Positions 8,075-16,730 of a stretch of DNA of 64,000 nt are shown in pieces; position 1 is the first letter of the stretch; each line of letters begins with the position of its first letter. A program made the translations under genes and the position numbers. Location of the stretch: positions 1,813,800 through 1,877,799 of the forward strand of contig OY282441.1 in the NCBI GenBank assembly GCA_958296105.1, written 5' to 3'. The notes beneath the pieces were generated by a model, which saw only the letters and a list, made by a program, of their open reading frames with translations, did not search any database and was not told the origin of the DNA. The stretch comes from an uncultured Dehalococcoidia bacterium. GTDB lineage: Bacteria; Chloroflexota; Dehalococcoidia; Lucifugimonadales; UBA1123.

Positions 8075-9874
8075 TCACCACCCCATCGCGTAGCCGATGT
8101 TGTTCTTGGCGGATGCGGCGCCTGCTATGATGCCTTGCCTCGCGTGCCAGCGTATGCCCAGCACTTTGCCGTTCGCCCAGTCTCCCGTCGTCTCGACGTC
8201 GTGGCCGCGCCGCGCCAGCTCGTCCAGCGTATCCTTCGGGATGCGCGACTCTGCGACCACCCTGCCGGGATAGGCAGGGCGCGGGTAGAACGAGGACGGG
8301 AAATGAGTGGTGTGGACGGTGGGCGCGTCCAGCGCCTCCTGAAGGTTCATCCCGAACTCGAGGTGGTTGAGGAAGAACTGGATCGTCCACTGCTCCTGAG
8401 AGTCGCCGCCGGGCGTGCCGAACGCCATCCAGGGGCCGCCGTCTCGGGTGACGAGCGTGGGGGTGAGCGTGGCGCGTGGCCGCTTGCGCGGCTCCAGCGC
8501 GTTGGGACGCTCCGGGTTCAGGTAGAACATCTGCCCGCGAGTGCCGAGAGGGATGCCAAGCCCCTTTATGACTGGCGAGGAGCCGAGCCAGCCGCCGCTC
8601 GGAGTGGCGGCTACCATGTTGCCCTGCGCGTCTATCGCGTCCAGATGCGTGGTGTCGCCTATGTGGGCGTGGCCTAGTCCCAGGTCTCTGACCTGCCGAG
8701 CCGCGATGCCCAGCGCGCGGCGGTTGTCCTCGCCCACGCTCAGCGCGGTGTATTCGGGCGCGCCTGCGCCCGCGTCTCCGGGGCGCAGGTCGAGCGAGGC
8801 GGCGTCTCCGATCTGCGCCGCCCTCGAAGCGTTGTAGCCGTCCGACAGCAGCACGTCGAAGGGCGTATCGTCGAACTTCGGGTCTCCGTAGTACGCCTCG
8901 CGGTCGGCGAAGGCGAGCTTGGCGGACTCTATCCACGTGTGCAGGTAGTCCGCCGAGTTGTGACCCATCCCGCGCACGTCGAGCTGGCTCAGGATGGCGA
9001 GGTGCTGAAGGAAGGTCGGCCCCTGCGTCCACGGCCCGCACTTGTGAACGTCGTACCCCTTGTAGTCCAGAGAGACGGGCGCTTCCAGCTCGGCGCGCCA
9101 CTCGGCCATGTCCTCGTATGACAGCAGCCCCGCGTGAGCCTGCCCGCTGGCGTCTTCCACCGGGTGATCCGTTATGAAGGCGATTATCTTCTCGGCTATC
9201 TCGCCCTTGTAGAAGGCGTCTCTGGCAGCCTCGATTCCCGCCGTCCTGCCCCTGCCCTTGGCGGCGCGCTCTGCGCGGCGCATGACGCGGAGCATCTCGG
9301 CGAAGTCCGGGTTGCGGATGACGTCCCCGATCTCGGGCGCGCGCCCGTCCGGGCAGTATATCTCGCCGGTGGTCGGATACAGGTCTGTGAACTTCTCCAA
9401 GTTCGTGGCGATGCTGCGGCGCAGCGCTTCATAGACGGGGAAGCCGTTCTCGGCGAACTCGATCGTCGGCTCCAGTATCTCGCTGAAGCTCATCGTGCCG
9501 AAGCGCGCCAGCGCGGTGGCCCACGTGTCCACCGGCGCGGGGACGCACGCGGGCAGGTAGCCGTCTCCGGGTATCAGGTCTATGCCGTTCTCGCGGCACC
9601 AGTCGATGGTGAACGCTCGCGGCGACCAGCCCATCCCCGATATGGCGTAGGTCTTGCGCTCGCTTGCAGAGTAGATGAGCGTCGGCACTTCGCCGCCTAT
9701 GCCGCAGCTCTGAGGCTCGATCAGCGGCTCGCATATGCCCATAGCCGCCGCCGCGTCGACGGCGTTGCCGCCGCGCATCAGGATTCTCAGCCCGACCGAG
9801 GCGACGAGGTAGTGTCCGGCCGTGACCACGCCCCGAGTTCCCATGACCACCGGCCGAGTTGTGAATTGCGCCAT
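8075..9874 (-). CDS. Gamma-glutamyltransferase-family (Ntn hydrolase) protein, copy 1
   Basis: N-terminal GVVTAGHYLVASVGLRILMRGGNAVDAAAA. Autoprocessing and nucleophile region GDTTHLDAIDAQGNMVAATPSGG. Confidence 0.85.
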   Translation of the reverse strand: MAQFTTRPVVMGTRGVVTAGHYLVASVGLRILMRGGNAVDAAAAMGICEPLIEPQSCGIGGEVPTLIYSASERKTYAISGMGWSPRAFTIDWCRENGIDLIPGDGYLPACVPAPVDTWATALARFGTMSFSEILEPTIEFAENGFPVYEALRRSIATNLEKFTDLYPTTGEIYCPDGRAPEIGDVIRNPDFAEMLRVMRRAERAAKGRGRTAGIEAARDAFYKGEIAEKIIAFITDHPVEDASGQAHAGLLSYEDMAEWRAELEAPVSLDYKGYDVHKCGPWTQGPTFLQHLAILSQLDVRGMGHNSADYLHTWIESAKLAFADREAYYGDPKFDDTPFDVLLSDGYNASRAAQIGDAASLDLRPGDAGAGAPEYTALSVGEDNRRALGIAARQVRDLGLGHAHIGDTTHLDAIDAQGNMVAATPSGGWLGSSPVIKGLGIPLGTRGQMFYLNPERPNALEPRKRPRATLTPTLVTRDGGPWMAFGTPGGDSQEQWTIQFFLNHLEFGMNLQEALDAPTVHTTHFPSSFYPRPAYPGRVVAESRIPKDTLDELARRGHDVETTGDWANGKVLGIRWHARQGIIAGAASAKNNIGYAMGW

Positions 9875-9924
9875 ATCCTGTCCTCCTCGAAAAGCGTGAC
9901 TTGTGAATTACCCTGACCCCGCAG

Positions 9925-9947
9925 CCCTCCCATCGAGGGAGAGGGGG
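9925..9947 (-). repeat. REP-like hairpin (family CCCCTCTCCCTCGATGGGAGAGGG), single inverted copy
   Basis: ccctcccatcgagggagaggggg is the reverse complement of the element seen at 25801 and 28789-29042. Intergenic. Confidence 0.7.
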
Positions 9948-9959
9948 CGATCTCCGATC

Positions 9960-10484
9960 CTACTGCTGCTGTATGAAGCGGCGGTACACCTCCTCCTCAG
10001 AGATGACGTCCGTGTGGAACCACGACTCCTCGATGGCTCTGTGCAGATCGTCGAGTATGGCGAGGGAGCTTCGCATGAGCGCGGCGACCTCTTCGGGCGA
10101 GGACGGCGCGCCGCCGCTGCCGTCGAGGTTCTCTATTGCGCCGCCGATGTGCCGCATCACCTCCAGCGGGGCGACGTGGGTTGCGTTGTAGCGAGCTGCC
10201 ACTAGGCAGCCGCGCAGCGAGGCTCCACTGTCGCGGCTGAGCAGCGCATCCAAGACGGACTCGCCGCGCGATACCGACACGCCGCGCACGTCCGCGGCGA
10301 TGCCGAGCACTTCTTCCATGCTCGGCGCGCCGCCGTCCACTTCGCGCTGCGCCGCCCAGAGCAGCACCCGCGCTATGTTCTGGGCGCGCTCGATCCAGCG
10401 CCCGAGCCAGACGAGGTTGTAGACGCGGGAGTCGGTCAGCCATCTGTCCGTTCCCAGCGCGATCGTCCTGGGGTCCATCGTCAT
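9960..10484 (-). CDS. Alpha-E domain protein (short form)
   Basis: NLVWLGRWIERAQNIARVL resembles the alpha-E/DUF403 N-terminal signature. Last gene of the ATP-grasp/transglutaminase operon. Confidence 0.55.
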   Translation of the reverse strand: MTMDPRTIALGTDRWLTDSRVYNLVWLGRWIERAQNIARVLLWAAQREVDGGAPSMEEVLGIAADVRGVSVSRGESVLDALLSRDSGASLRGCLVAARYNATHVAPLEVMRHIGGAIENLDGSGGAPSSPEEVAALMRSSLAILDDLHRAIEESWFHTDVISEEEVYRRFIQQQ

Positions 10485-10494
10485 GCTGTTTCCT

Positions 10495-11412
10495 CTACAC
10501 GTTCCTCACCACGTATGCGCCTTCGAGGAGACGGAGGGCATCGTCCAGCGTGGCTTCGGTCTCTCCGAATTCGACCGAAGCGATTGCGGCGCACTCCGCG
10601 GCGGTCCCCATGGACAGGAACGAGCCGTTCACGGGCGAGACGTCCGTGTAGTCTCGCCCCACCGCCAGCTTCACGTAGTCGCGCGCAGGCGGATTCACCA
10701 CCCCTCTGGTGGGGTCTGCCCCCAGCCAGCCCTCATACGGATGCAGGAACTCCGCCCATGCGTGCGTCTCGCCCGTCTGCCCTGTGAGCAGCCCGCTGGC
10801 GTACCTGCACGGCGCGCCGAGCGCGCGCAGCATCCCGAGCGCCAGATGCGTCTTGTCTTGGCACACGCCTTCCATCGCGCTCGCCACCTGATCGGCGGTG
10901 GTGGCGACGTTGGTCGCCCCCCGCCCGTAGCGGACTTCCCTGTATACCCAGTCCGTGACCATCCACGCCACTTCCAGCAGCGAGTATGACGCGCCCGCGA
11001 CGCAGAACGCCAGCGCGGACACCCTCTCGGGATCCACCAGCGGCGAGGGCATTACGAACTCCATTCCCTCCGCCAAGCCCTTCACCTCGTCGAGATAGAC
11101 ATCCGCCGGCTGCGGAGCGCGGGTCGAGAGCGACACCTGGCCAGACGTTGCCACGATGAGGCTCCTGTGAGGCTCGACTACGCGCGTCCTGCGTACTCGG
11201 TTGCCAAAGCGGTCGCCATACTCCACGCCGCTGCCTCTGGGCAGCGTCCAGAGGCGCGTTCGCAGCGGATCTTGGCCCTCGCCCTCGCGCGGGAACAGCC
11301 GAATCTGATTGTCGTTGTGCAAGACGTCGCCAGAGTAGCCGTAGCGCGCCGCGTATATGTAAGAGACGGTTGCGCGCCGGCAGTCTAGCTCACCACCCAG
11401 GTAGGTTTGCAT
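10495..11412 (-). CDS. Transglutaminase-family protein (Bact_transglu_N + transglutaminase core)
   Basis: Catalytic Cys context GVCQDKTHLALGMLRALGAPCRYASG. His context HAWAEF. Asp context GADPT. Confidence 0.8.
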   Translation of the reverse strand: MQTYLGGELDCRRATVSYIYAARYGYSGDVLHNDNQIRLFPREGEGQDPLRTRLWTLPRGSGVEYGDRFGNRVRRTRVVEPHRSLIVATSGQVSLSTRAPQPADVYLDEVKGLAEGMEFVMPSPLVDPERVSALAFCVAGASYSLLEVAWMVTDWVYREVRYGRGATNVATTADQVASAMEGVCQDKTHLALGMLRALGAPCRYASGLLTGQTGETHAWAEFLHPYEGWLGADPTRGVVNPPARDYVKLAVGRDYTDVSPVNGSFLSMGTAAECAAIASVEFGETEATLDDALRLLEGAYVVRNV

Positions 11413-12776
11413 AGGCCACCCGAAGAGTTGTTGGTGATTCTGCCACCCGGCAGGGCGACTCTCGTCAGACCCCCGGGAAAGACGGTCACATTGCCGTTTC
11501 CATCCTGGATGGCGAACACTCGCAGGTCTACGCGCCGACGCTCCAGCGCGCCGGCAGCGTCATTGAAAACCATGTGGTCGGAAAAGTCCAGCGTCTCTTG
11601 AGCGATGAACACTTCGGGGTTTTCGATTATGTCTCTGGCAACGCGCGCCCTGTGCGTCTCGCTGAGATCGGGCATGACGTAAACCCCCAGCCCGCCGTAT
11701 CCCTGACGCGCCTTGATGACGAGCATGTCCAGATTTTCGATGACGAAGCGGCGGTCGGCCGCATCCTGAAGGTTGTAGCTCTTCGCCTGTTCGAGAATGG
11801 CGGTCTCGCCCAGGTAGCTCTCGATCATCTGCGGCGCCCACAGAAACACCAGCTTGTCGTCCGCCGCGCCGGAGCCTATCCCGTTGACCAGAACGACCTT
11901 GCGGTCGAGGTACGCCTCGCGCAGTCCGGGGAGGAACATCTCCAGATCCTCCACGCGGCGGTAGATCAGGTCCACCGCGATATCGCGGTCGAGCGTTCGC
12001 GCGTACACCCGGCCGTCATTCCCCACGTACAGGTCTGCCCCCTCCACCAGCGGGATGCCGAGCAGATCGGACAGGCAGCGATGCTCGAAGAAGGCGGAGC
12101 CGAACTTGCCGTCCGTCAGCAGAACGCAGACCGGAGATTCCACGTCGCACAGCGAGCGGAACATGTCCAGATAGCCCTGACGGATGTCGTATGGGCGGAT
12201 GTCGTACCCCTGCGCGAACTCCGGAAAGAGGCGCGAAGCCATGTCCGCGGTCTTGAGCTGGTACGCTATGCCGGAGGGGATTCGCAGGTTGTCTTCCAGC
12301 ACCACGTAGCGCCCCTCGCCCATGTGAACGAGGTCGATGCCGTATATGTGTACGAACACGCCTTTCGGCGGGCGGAAGCCCTGCACCTCCGGGTAGAAGT
12401 ATCGAGAGGTGAACACCACCTCCGGCGGAACGATGGTCTGCTCGCCGTCGTAGAGATCGAGGAGGAAGCGGTTGATCGCCTTGAGGCGCTGAGTCACGCC
12501 CGCGGATATGACTTCCCAATGCTCAGCCGGAATGACGCGCGGCAGCCAGTCGGCGGGGGCTGGCCTGTACTGTCTGGGGTCGAGATAGAAGGTGAAGGCG
12601 TCGAAATCGACCTGCCGCCCCGCCGCGCCCCAGCGTCGCGCCATCTCCTGCGGGCCGAGACGCTCCACCGCCTCGGCGATGCTCTCGTAGTGCCGCCTGA
12701 CTCTGCCTTCGGAGTCCTGCCACTCGCTGAAGGCGCTCACGGCGCGATTCTCCCGATCCAACTGAGAAAGAGACAT
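11385..12776 (-). CDS. Circularly permuted ATP-grasp type 2 protein
   Basis: 463 aa. WLPRVIPAEHWEVISAGVTQRLKAINRFLLDLY and GGLGVYV match the CP_ATPgrasp_2 (DUF404/407) family as remembered. 28-nt overlap with the downstream transglutaminase gene. Confidence 0.75.
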   Translation of the reverse strand: MSLSQLDRENRAVSAFSEWQDSEGRVRRHYESIAEAVERLGPQEMARRWGAAGRQVDFDAFTFYLDPRQYRPAPADWLPRVIPAEHWEVISAGVTQRLKAINRFLLDLYDGEQTIVPPEVVFTSRYFYPEVQGFRPPKGVFVHIYGIDLVHMGEGRYVVLEDNLRIPSGIAYQLKTADMASRLFPEFAQGYDIRPYDIRQGYLDMFRSLCDVESPVCVLLTDGKFGSAFFEHRCLSDLLGIPLVEGADLYVGNDGRVYARTLDRDIAVDLIYRRVEDLEMFLPGLREAYLDRKVVLVNGIGSGAADDKLVFLWAPQMIESYLGETAILEQAKSYNLQDAADRRFVIENLDMLVIKARQGYGGLGVYVMPDLSETHRARVARDIIENPEVFIAQETLDFSDHMVFNDAAGALERRRVDLRVFAIQDGNGNVTVFPGGLTRVALPGGRITNNSSGGLCKPTWVVS

Positions 12777-12912
12777 GCGCCATCCTCGAAAGACCGAACA
12801 GCGTGGGGGCGCTGCACGATTCTAGCGCTTCGCGGCGAACGGCTGCCAAGCAAAAACTGGCGCTGCCCTGCCCGGTGGGCAAGCGCCAGCCTTTGGATAT
12901 CCGAGAAGGCCG

Positions 12913-14097
12913 CTAGCGCGCCGTGGATCCGATCACTTTGTAGCCGTAGTTGTCTTCGGTGCGCTCGGAAGTCGGCAGTATCTCCGCCACCACTCTGGAG
13001 AGGCCGACGACCTCTCCGTTCGAGTCGAAGCTGTAGCTGTTCCCTATCGCGCCGCTCCACGTGATATCGTACAGACAGTCTCTGAAGCCGTCCGCGTCTT
13101 GGTCGTCTTCGGTCTGCTTCAGGCACTCTGCGGCGATGTAGACGTTGTCGTATGCCGATGCGAGGTGCCATGGCAGGGTGAGGTTGACGTAGCTGTACCG
13201 CTCGCGGAAGTTGGCAAGAACCTGCTGGCCCCTTTCGTTGGAGGGGTCCAAGTTTGCGACGATGGCTTTCATGCCGGTGGCGGCGTCTCCCGCAATTTCG
13301 AGGGCAGTCGTTCCCACAGACACCGCTTCCGTATAGAACGGGCCTTCGTAGCCCAGCTCCCGGAGCTGCTTGAAGATGGTGCCGGCGGAGAACTCGGACT
13401 GCGCCGCTACGTGGATCGCGTCCGGGTTGGTGGTGAGCAGCTCGGTCAGCTGGCTTCTGAAGTCGGTGACGTCGGATTCGTAGCGCAAAGCCACCGCCAC
13501 CCTGCCGCCCAGCTTCTCGAACTGCTCTACGGTAGAGCGCCTGACGCCCTCGGCGTAGTCTGTGGATTCGTTGATCGTCGCCAGAGCGCGGATGCCGTCC
13601 GCCCAGAGAAGGCTGCCCATGGCTGCGCCCACCTCGTCATCGCTAATTTGCGTGCGGAAGATGTAGTCGCCCGCGCTGGCGATGGCAGGGTTGCTCGCCA
13701 GTCCCGAGAACAGGATGACGCCGTCCGCCTCCGCAAGCGGCGCCGCGCCCAGCATCGCGCCGCTGCACGAAGTGCCGAGTATTATCTTCACCCCGTCAAC
13801 GTCCGTCAGCTTGTCGTAGGCGACAGTCGCGCCCTGCGGGCTGCACTTGGAATCTTCTACGGCGAATTCGAGCATCCGCCCGTTGACTCCGCCCGCCCCG
13901 TTTATCTCGTCCAGAGCCATCTGCTTGGCCTGAACCGCCACCGTGCCATACGTATCGCCGGGGCCTGTCAGCGACTCCATGACCCCGATCCTGAAGGGGG
14001 GTTCCGCCCTCCCGCTCTCATCTATGCAGGCTGCGGCCGCCAGCGCGCAGACTGCCAGCAGCGCAAACAGAACGATCCATCTGATTGGCGAGGTCAT
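12913..14097 (-). CDS. ABC-transporter substrate-binding lipoprotein (LivJ/Peripla_BP_6-like), orphan
   Basis: Signal peptide plus lipobox LAAAAC. GVMESLTGPGDTYGTVAVQAKQMALDEINGAGGVNGRMLEF is typical of branched-chain amino-acid-type SBPs. No permease or ATPase gene is adjacent. Confidence 0.8.
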   Translation of the reverse strand: MTSPIRWIVLFALLAVCALAAAACIDESGRAEPPFRIGVMESLTGPGDTYGTVAVQAKQMALDEINGAGGVNGRMLEFAVEDSKCSPQGATVAYDKLTDVDGVKIILGTSCSGAMLGAAPLAEADGVILFSGLASNPAIASAGDYIFRTQISDDEVGAAMGSLLWADGIRALATINESTDYAEGVRRSTVEQFEKLGGRVAVALRYESDVTDFRSQLTELLTTNPDAIHVAAQSEFSAGTIFKQLRELGYEGPFYTEAVSVGTTALEIAGDAATGMKAIVANLDPSNERGQQVLANFRERYSYVNLTLPWHLASAYDNVYIAAECLKQTEDDQDADGFRDCLYDITWSGAIGNSYSFDSNGEVVGLSRVVAEILPTSERTEDNYGYKVIGSTAR

Positions 14098-14326
14098 GTA
14101 GTATCTCCTTACGACTGCGATGTTTCGAACGGTCTCAGTCTCGACTGGTATTCTAACGCATCGGGCAGTTGGATTTCAGCCGTTTGACTGCGCGAAAATA
14201 GACGCGCGCGCGGGCTGTTCCGTTTCTGCGCGCGCAGGATGGACAGCGCGGCGTCTGTGTATAATGAGTCGAGCGCGCATCGCCGAGCCAATCGCGCGAT
14301 TCACGAGATCAATGAGGACTGGAACA

Positions 14327-15640
14327 ATGCAAGCGCCTGTACAGACGACCGGATCCATCATAGACGAATTCCGCTGGCGGGGTCTGATTCACGTGACCGA
14401 GGGCGGAGAGGAGCTGCTCACTCCCGGTTTGGAGGAGCTGCTGGCGCGCGAGAAGGTTACTGCGTACATCGGCTTCGATCCCTCAGCCGACAGCCTGCAC
14501 ATAGGCAACCTGCTCGGCATAATGACGCTGATGCGAATGCAGCGATACGGCCACAGGCCAATCGCCATAGCCGGCGGCGGCACGGGGCTGATCGGAGACC
14601 CGGGAGGCAAGTCGCAGGAGCGGCCGCTGCTCACCCGCGAGGAGCTGCAAGAGAATCTGAGAGGCATCGGCGCGCAGCTGGAGCGCTTTCTCGACTTCGG
14701 CGCGCGCGACAACCCCGCGCTTCTGGTGAACAACGCCGACTGGCTGGAGCGGATGAGCGCGATAGACTTCATGCGAGACGTGGGCAAGCACTTCAGCATC
14801 AACTACATGCTCGCCAAAGAGTCCGTCCAGAGCCGAATGGAGGACGGCATCTCGTACACCGAGTTCAGCTACATGCTGCTTCAGGCTTACGACTTCATGA
14901 CGCTGTACGACCGATACGGCTGCGCGCTCCAGATGGGCGGGAGCGACCAGTGGGGCAACATCACCGCCGGGGTCGATCTGATCCGCAGGGCGCGGGGGGC
15001 GCACGCGCACGCGCTCGTCACCCCGCTCGTCACCACGGCGTCCGGCGCGAAATTCGGCAAGACAGAGGCGGGCGCGGTGTGGCTGGACGCAGGCAAGACC
15101 TCCCCGTTCCAGTTCTATCAGTTCTGGCTGAACAGCGCGGACGCGGACGCCGTCCAGATGCTCAGGTACTACACGCTCTTGACTTCGGACGAGATAGACG
15201 AGATCGGCGAGTCCGTGGCGTCCAGCCCGGAGAGGCGCGAAGCGCAGCGCCGCCTTGCGGCGGAAGTCACCCGTATGACGCATGGAGAATCGGGGCTGCG
15301 AAACGCGCTTGCGGCGACGGACGTGCTGTTCGGAGGCGACGTCTCCGGGCTGAGCGCGGACGAGCTGCTCGACGTGTTCCAAGACGTCCCCTCTACGTAC
15401 CTGCCGCGCGAGCGGTTCGAGGGCGAGGGCGTCAGGCTTCAGGATCTGGTGGCGCTGTCGGAGCTGGCATCCTCACGCGGCGAGGCGCGCCGCCTCATCG
15501 AAGGGGGCGGCGTCACCCTCAACAGCCAGCGCGTATCGGACCCAAGGCGCGCCGTCAGGCTGGAGAACGCCGTGGATGGCCGCGTCATAGTCCTCCGACG
15601 CGGCGCCAGGCAGTACAGACTGGTCGGGATTCAGGGCTGA
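14327..15640 (+). CDS. tyrS: Tyrosine--tRNA ligase
   Basis: ORF 14120..15640. HIGH motif (LHIGNL), KMSKS-like KFGKTE, C-terminal S4 domain. ATG 14327 is preceded by GAGGA. Confidence 0.95.
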   Translation: MQAPVQTTGSIIDEFRWRGLIHVTEGGEELLTPGLEELLAREKVTAYIGFDPSADSLHIGNLLGIMTLMRMQRYGHRPIAIAGGGTGLIGDPGGKSQERPLLTREELQENLRGIGAQLERFLDFGARDNPALLVNNADWLERMSAIDFMRDVGKHFSINYMLAKESVQSRMEDGISYTEFSYMLLQAYDFMTLYDRYGCALQMGGSDQWGNITAGVDLIRRARGAHAHALVTPLVTTASGAKFGKTEAGAVWLDAGKTSPFQFYQFWLNSADADAVQMLRYYTLLTSDEIDEIGESVASSPERREAQRRLAAEVTRMTHGESGLRNALAATDVLFGGDVSGLSADELLDVFQDVPSTYLPRERFEGEGVRLQDLVALSELASSRGEARRLIEGGGVTLNSQRVSDPRRAVRLENAVDGRVIVLRRGARQYRLVGIQG

Positions 15641-15650
15641 TGGAGTACAG

Positions 15651-15816
15651 CTGCGCAGGCAGGATTCGCAGCCCCGCGATCCGCAACGGCGGCTTGCACA
15701 GGAAGCCGCGCTCTGAGAAAAGGGGTGTAATGGCTGCGCAGGTAGGATTCGCAGCCCCGCGATCCGCAACGACGGCTTGCACAGGAAGCCGCGCTCTGAG
15801 AAAAGGGGTGTGATGG
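15651..15816 (-). repeat. Two tandem 83-bp units, each ending in a copy of the tRNA-Asn 3' end (…GCGAATCCTACCTGCGCAGCCA)
   Basis: Units 15651-15733 and 15734-15816 differ at about 3 positions. The 83-bp phase continues into the true tRNA at 15817. Confidence 0.85.
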
Positions 15817-15888
15817 CTCCGCAGGTAGGATTCGAACCTACGGCCAATCGGTTAACAGCCGATCGCTCTACCACTGAGCTACTGCGGA
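15814..15888 (-). tRNA. tRNA-Asn (GTT), CCA encoded
   Basis: The minus strand reads TCCGCAGTAGCTCAGTGGTAGAGCGATCGGCTGTTAACCGATTGGCCGTAGGTTCGAATCCTACCTGCGGAGCCA. Cloverleaf by hand: 7-bp acceptor stem, anticodon loop CTGTTAA, T-loop TTCGAAT. Confidence 0.9.
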
Positions 15889-16017
15889 GCATTGGGGGAA
15901 ACGGCCTGCTCAAAGCCGTCTACCACTAATAATAGCACCTGATCGGGCTTGGACTCAAGACGAGTTGAGACGGCTTTGGCTCGATAAACTGCGCCCGGCC
16001 GCCCCCGATTCCGAGTC

Positions 16018-16440
16018 TCACTCCGACGGCTGCTCGCAGTTGACCTGCCAGCCGATGCCGAACCTGTCGGTGAGGGAGCCGAAGTAAGCCCCCCAGAACA
16101 TATCCTGCATTGGCATGGAGACCGATCCCCCGTCCGAGAGCGCGCCGAATATCCTGTCCGCCTCGTCGCGGCTGTCCGGACTGACGGTTATCGAAAAGTT
16201 GTCGCCGACCGTCGGGGGAGGTCCGAACGCGGACGTGGTATCGCTGCCCATCAGCACGCTCGATCCAATTGTATAGGACACGTGCATGACGTTGCCCCGC
16301 TCCCCTTCCGGAACGTCCATGTCTGGCGGACCGTCTCCGAACGTCTGCAAGATATCGAACTCGCCGCCGAACACCGAGCGGTAGAACTCGAACGCCTCGC
16401 GGCAGTTGTCATCGAACGTGAGATAGATGCCGAGCGTCAC
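16018..16440 (-). CDS. VOC-family / PhnB-like protein
   Basis: ORF 16018..16611. LTFDDNCREAFEFYRSVFGGEF...MHVSYTIGSSVLMGSD...PMQDMFWGAYFGSLTDRFGIGWQVN. GTG 16440 is preceded by GGGAGG. The upstream part of the ORF is repeat DNA. Confidence 0.7.
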   Translation of the reverse strand: MTLGIYLTFDDNCREAFEFYRSVFGGEFDILQTFGDGPPDMDVPEGERGNVMHVSYTIGSSVLMGSDTTSAFGPPPTVGDNFSITVSPDSRDEADRIFGALSDGGSVSMPMQDMFWGAYFGSLTDRFGIGWQVNCEQPSE

Positions 16441-16541
16441 GCATTGCCTCCCGCTGATCGAGAAATTGACTGTGCGGGCGAGTGTCCGCGCCTGTAAAAG
16501 CGGTGAGAAGCCGCGCCCCCTCGTTTCATGGTAACTACGAT

Positions 16542-16710
16542 TGCGCCGCAGTGCGAGAGCAATGGCAACCGTAGTTGCGCCGCAGTGCGAGTGCAATGGC
16601 AACTTGAGCAACAGGGGGATATACCCGATGTGCTGTATGAACCGTAATTGCGCCGCAGTGCGAGTGCAATGGCAACCGTGACTGCGCCGCAGTGCGAGTG
16701 CAGTCGAGAG
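16542..16710. repeat. Four copies of TGCGCCGCAGTGCGAG(A/T)GCAATGGCAAC arranged as two 34-bp tandem pairs
   Basis: Copies start at 16542, 16576, 16649 and 16683 (the last is truncated). The pairs are separated by about 45 nt. Intergenic, between the VOC gene start and the FIST gene stop. Confidence 0.85.
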
Positions 16711-16730
16711 ACGGCTTGCGAAACCCTCTC

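Noticed and set aside
2512-12776. Using gene-strand bias or GC skew around 3.8-4.1 kb as extra support for the oriC call.
   Set aside because: Genes on both sides of the box cluster are mostly on the minus strand, so there is no visible orientation switch. I cannot compute GC skew reliably by eye. The oriC call therefore rests only on the box cluster and its adjacency to dnaA.
14098-14326. T-box leader or other riboswitch upstream of tyrS.
   Set aside because: I could not find the conserved T-box sequence (AA..GGGTGGTACCGCG-like) or a specifier-loop/terminator arrangement by eye. A TTGACT and a TATAAT are present but too far apart to pair as a promoter. An Rfam scan would settle it.
16542-16710. 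Possible CRISPR array, because of the ~28-34-nt direct repeats.
   Set aside because: Only four copies. Within each pair the repeats are directly adjacent (34-bp period) with no spacers. There is a single 45-nt gap. No cas genes in the window. Reported as a repeat instead.
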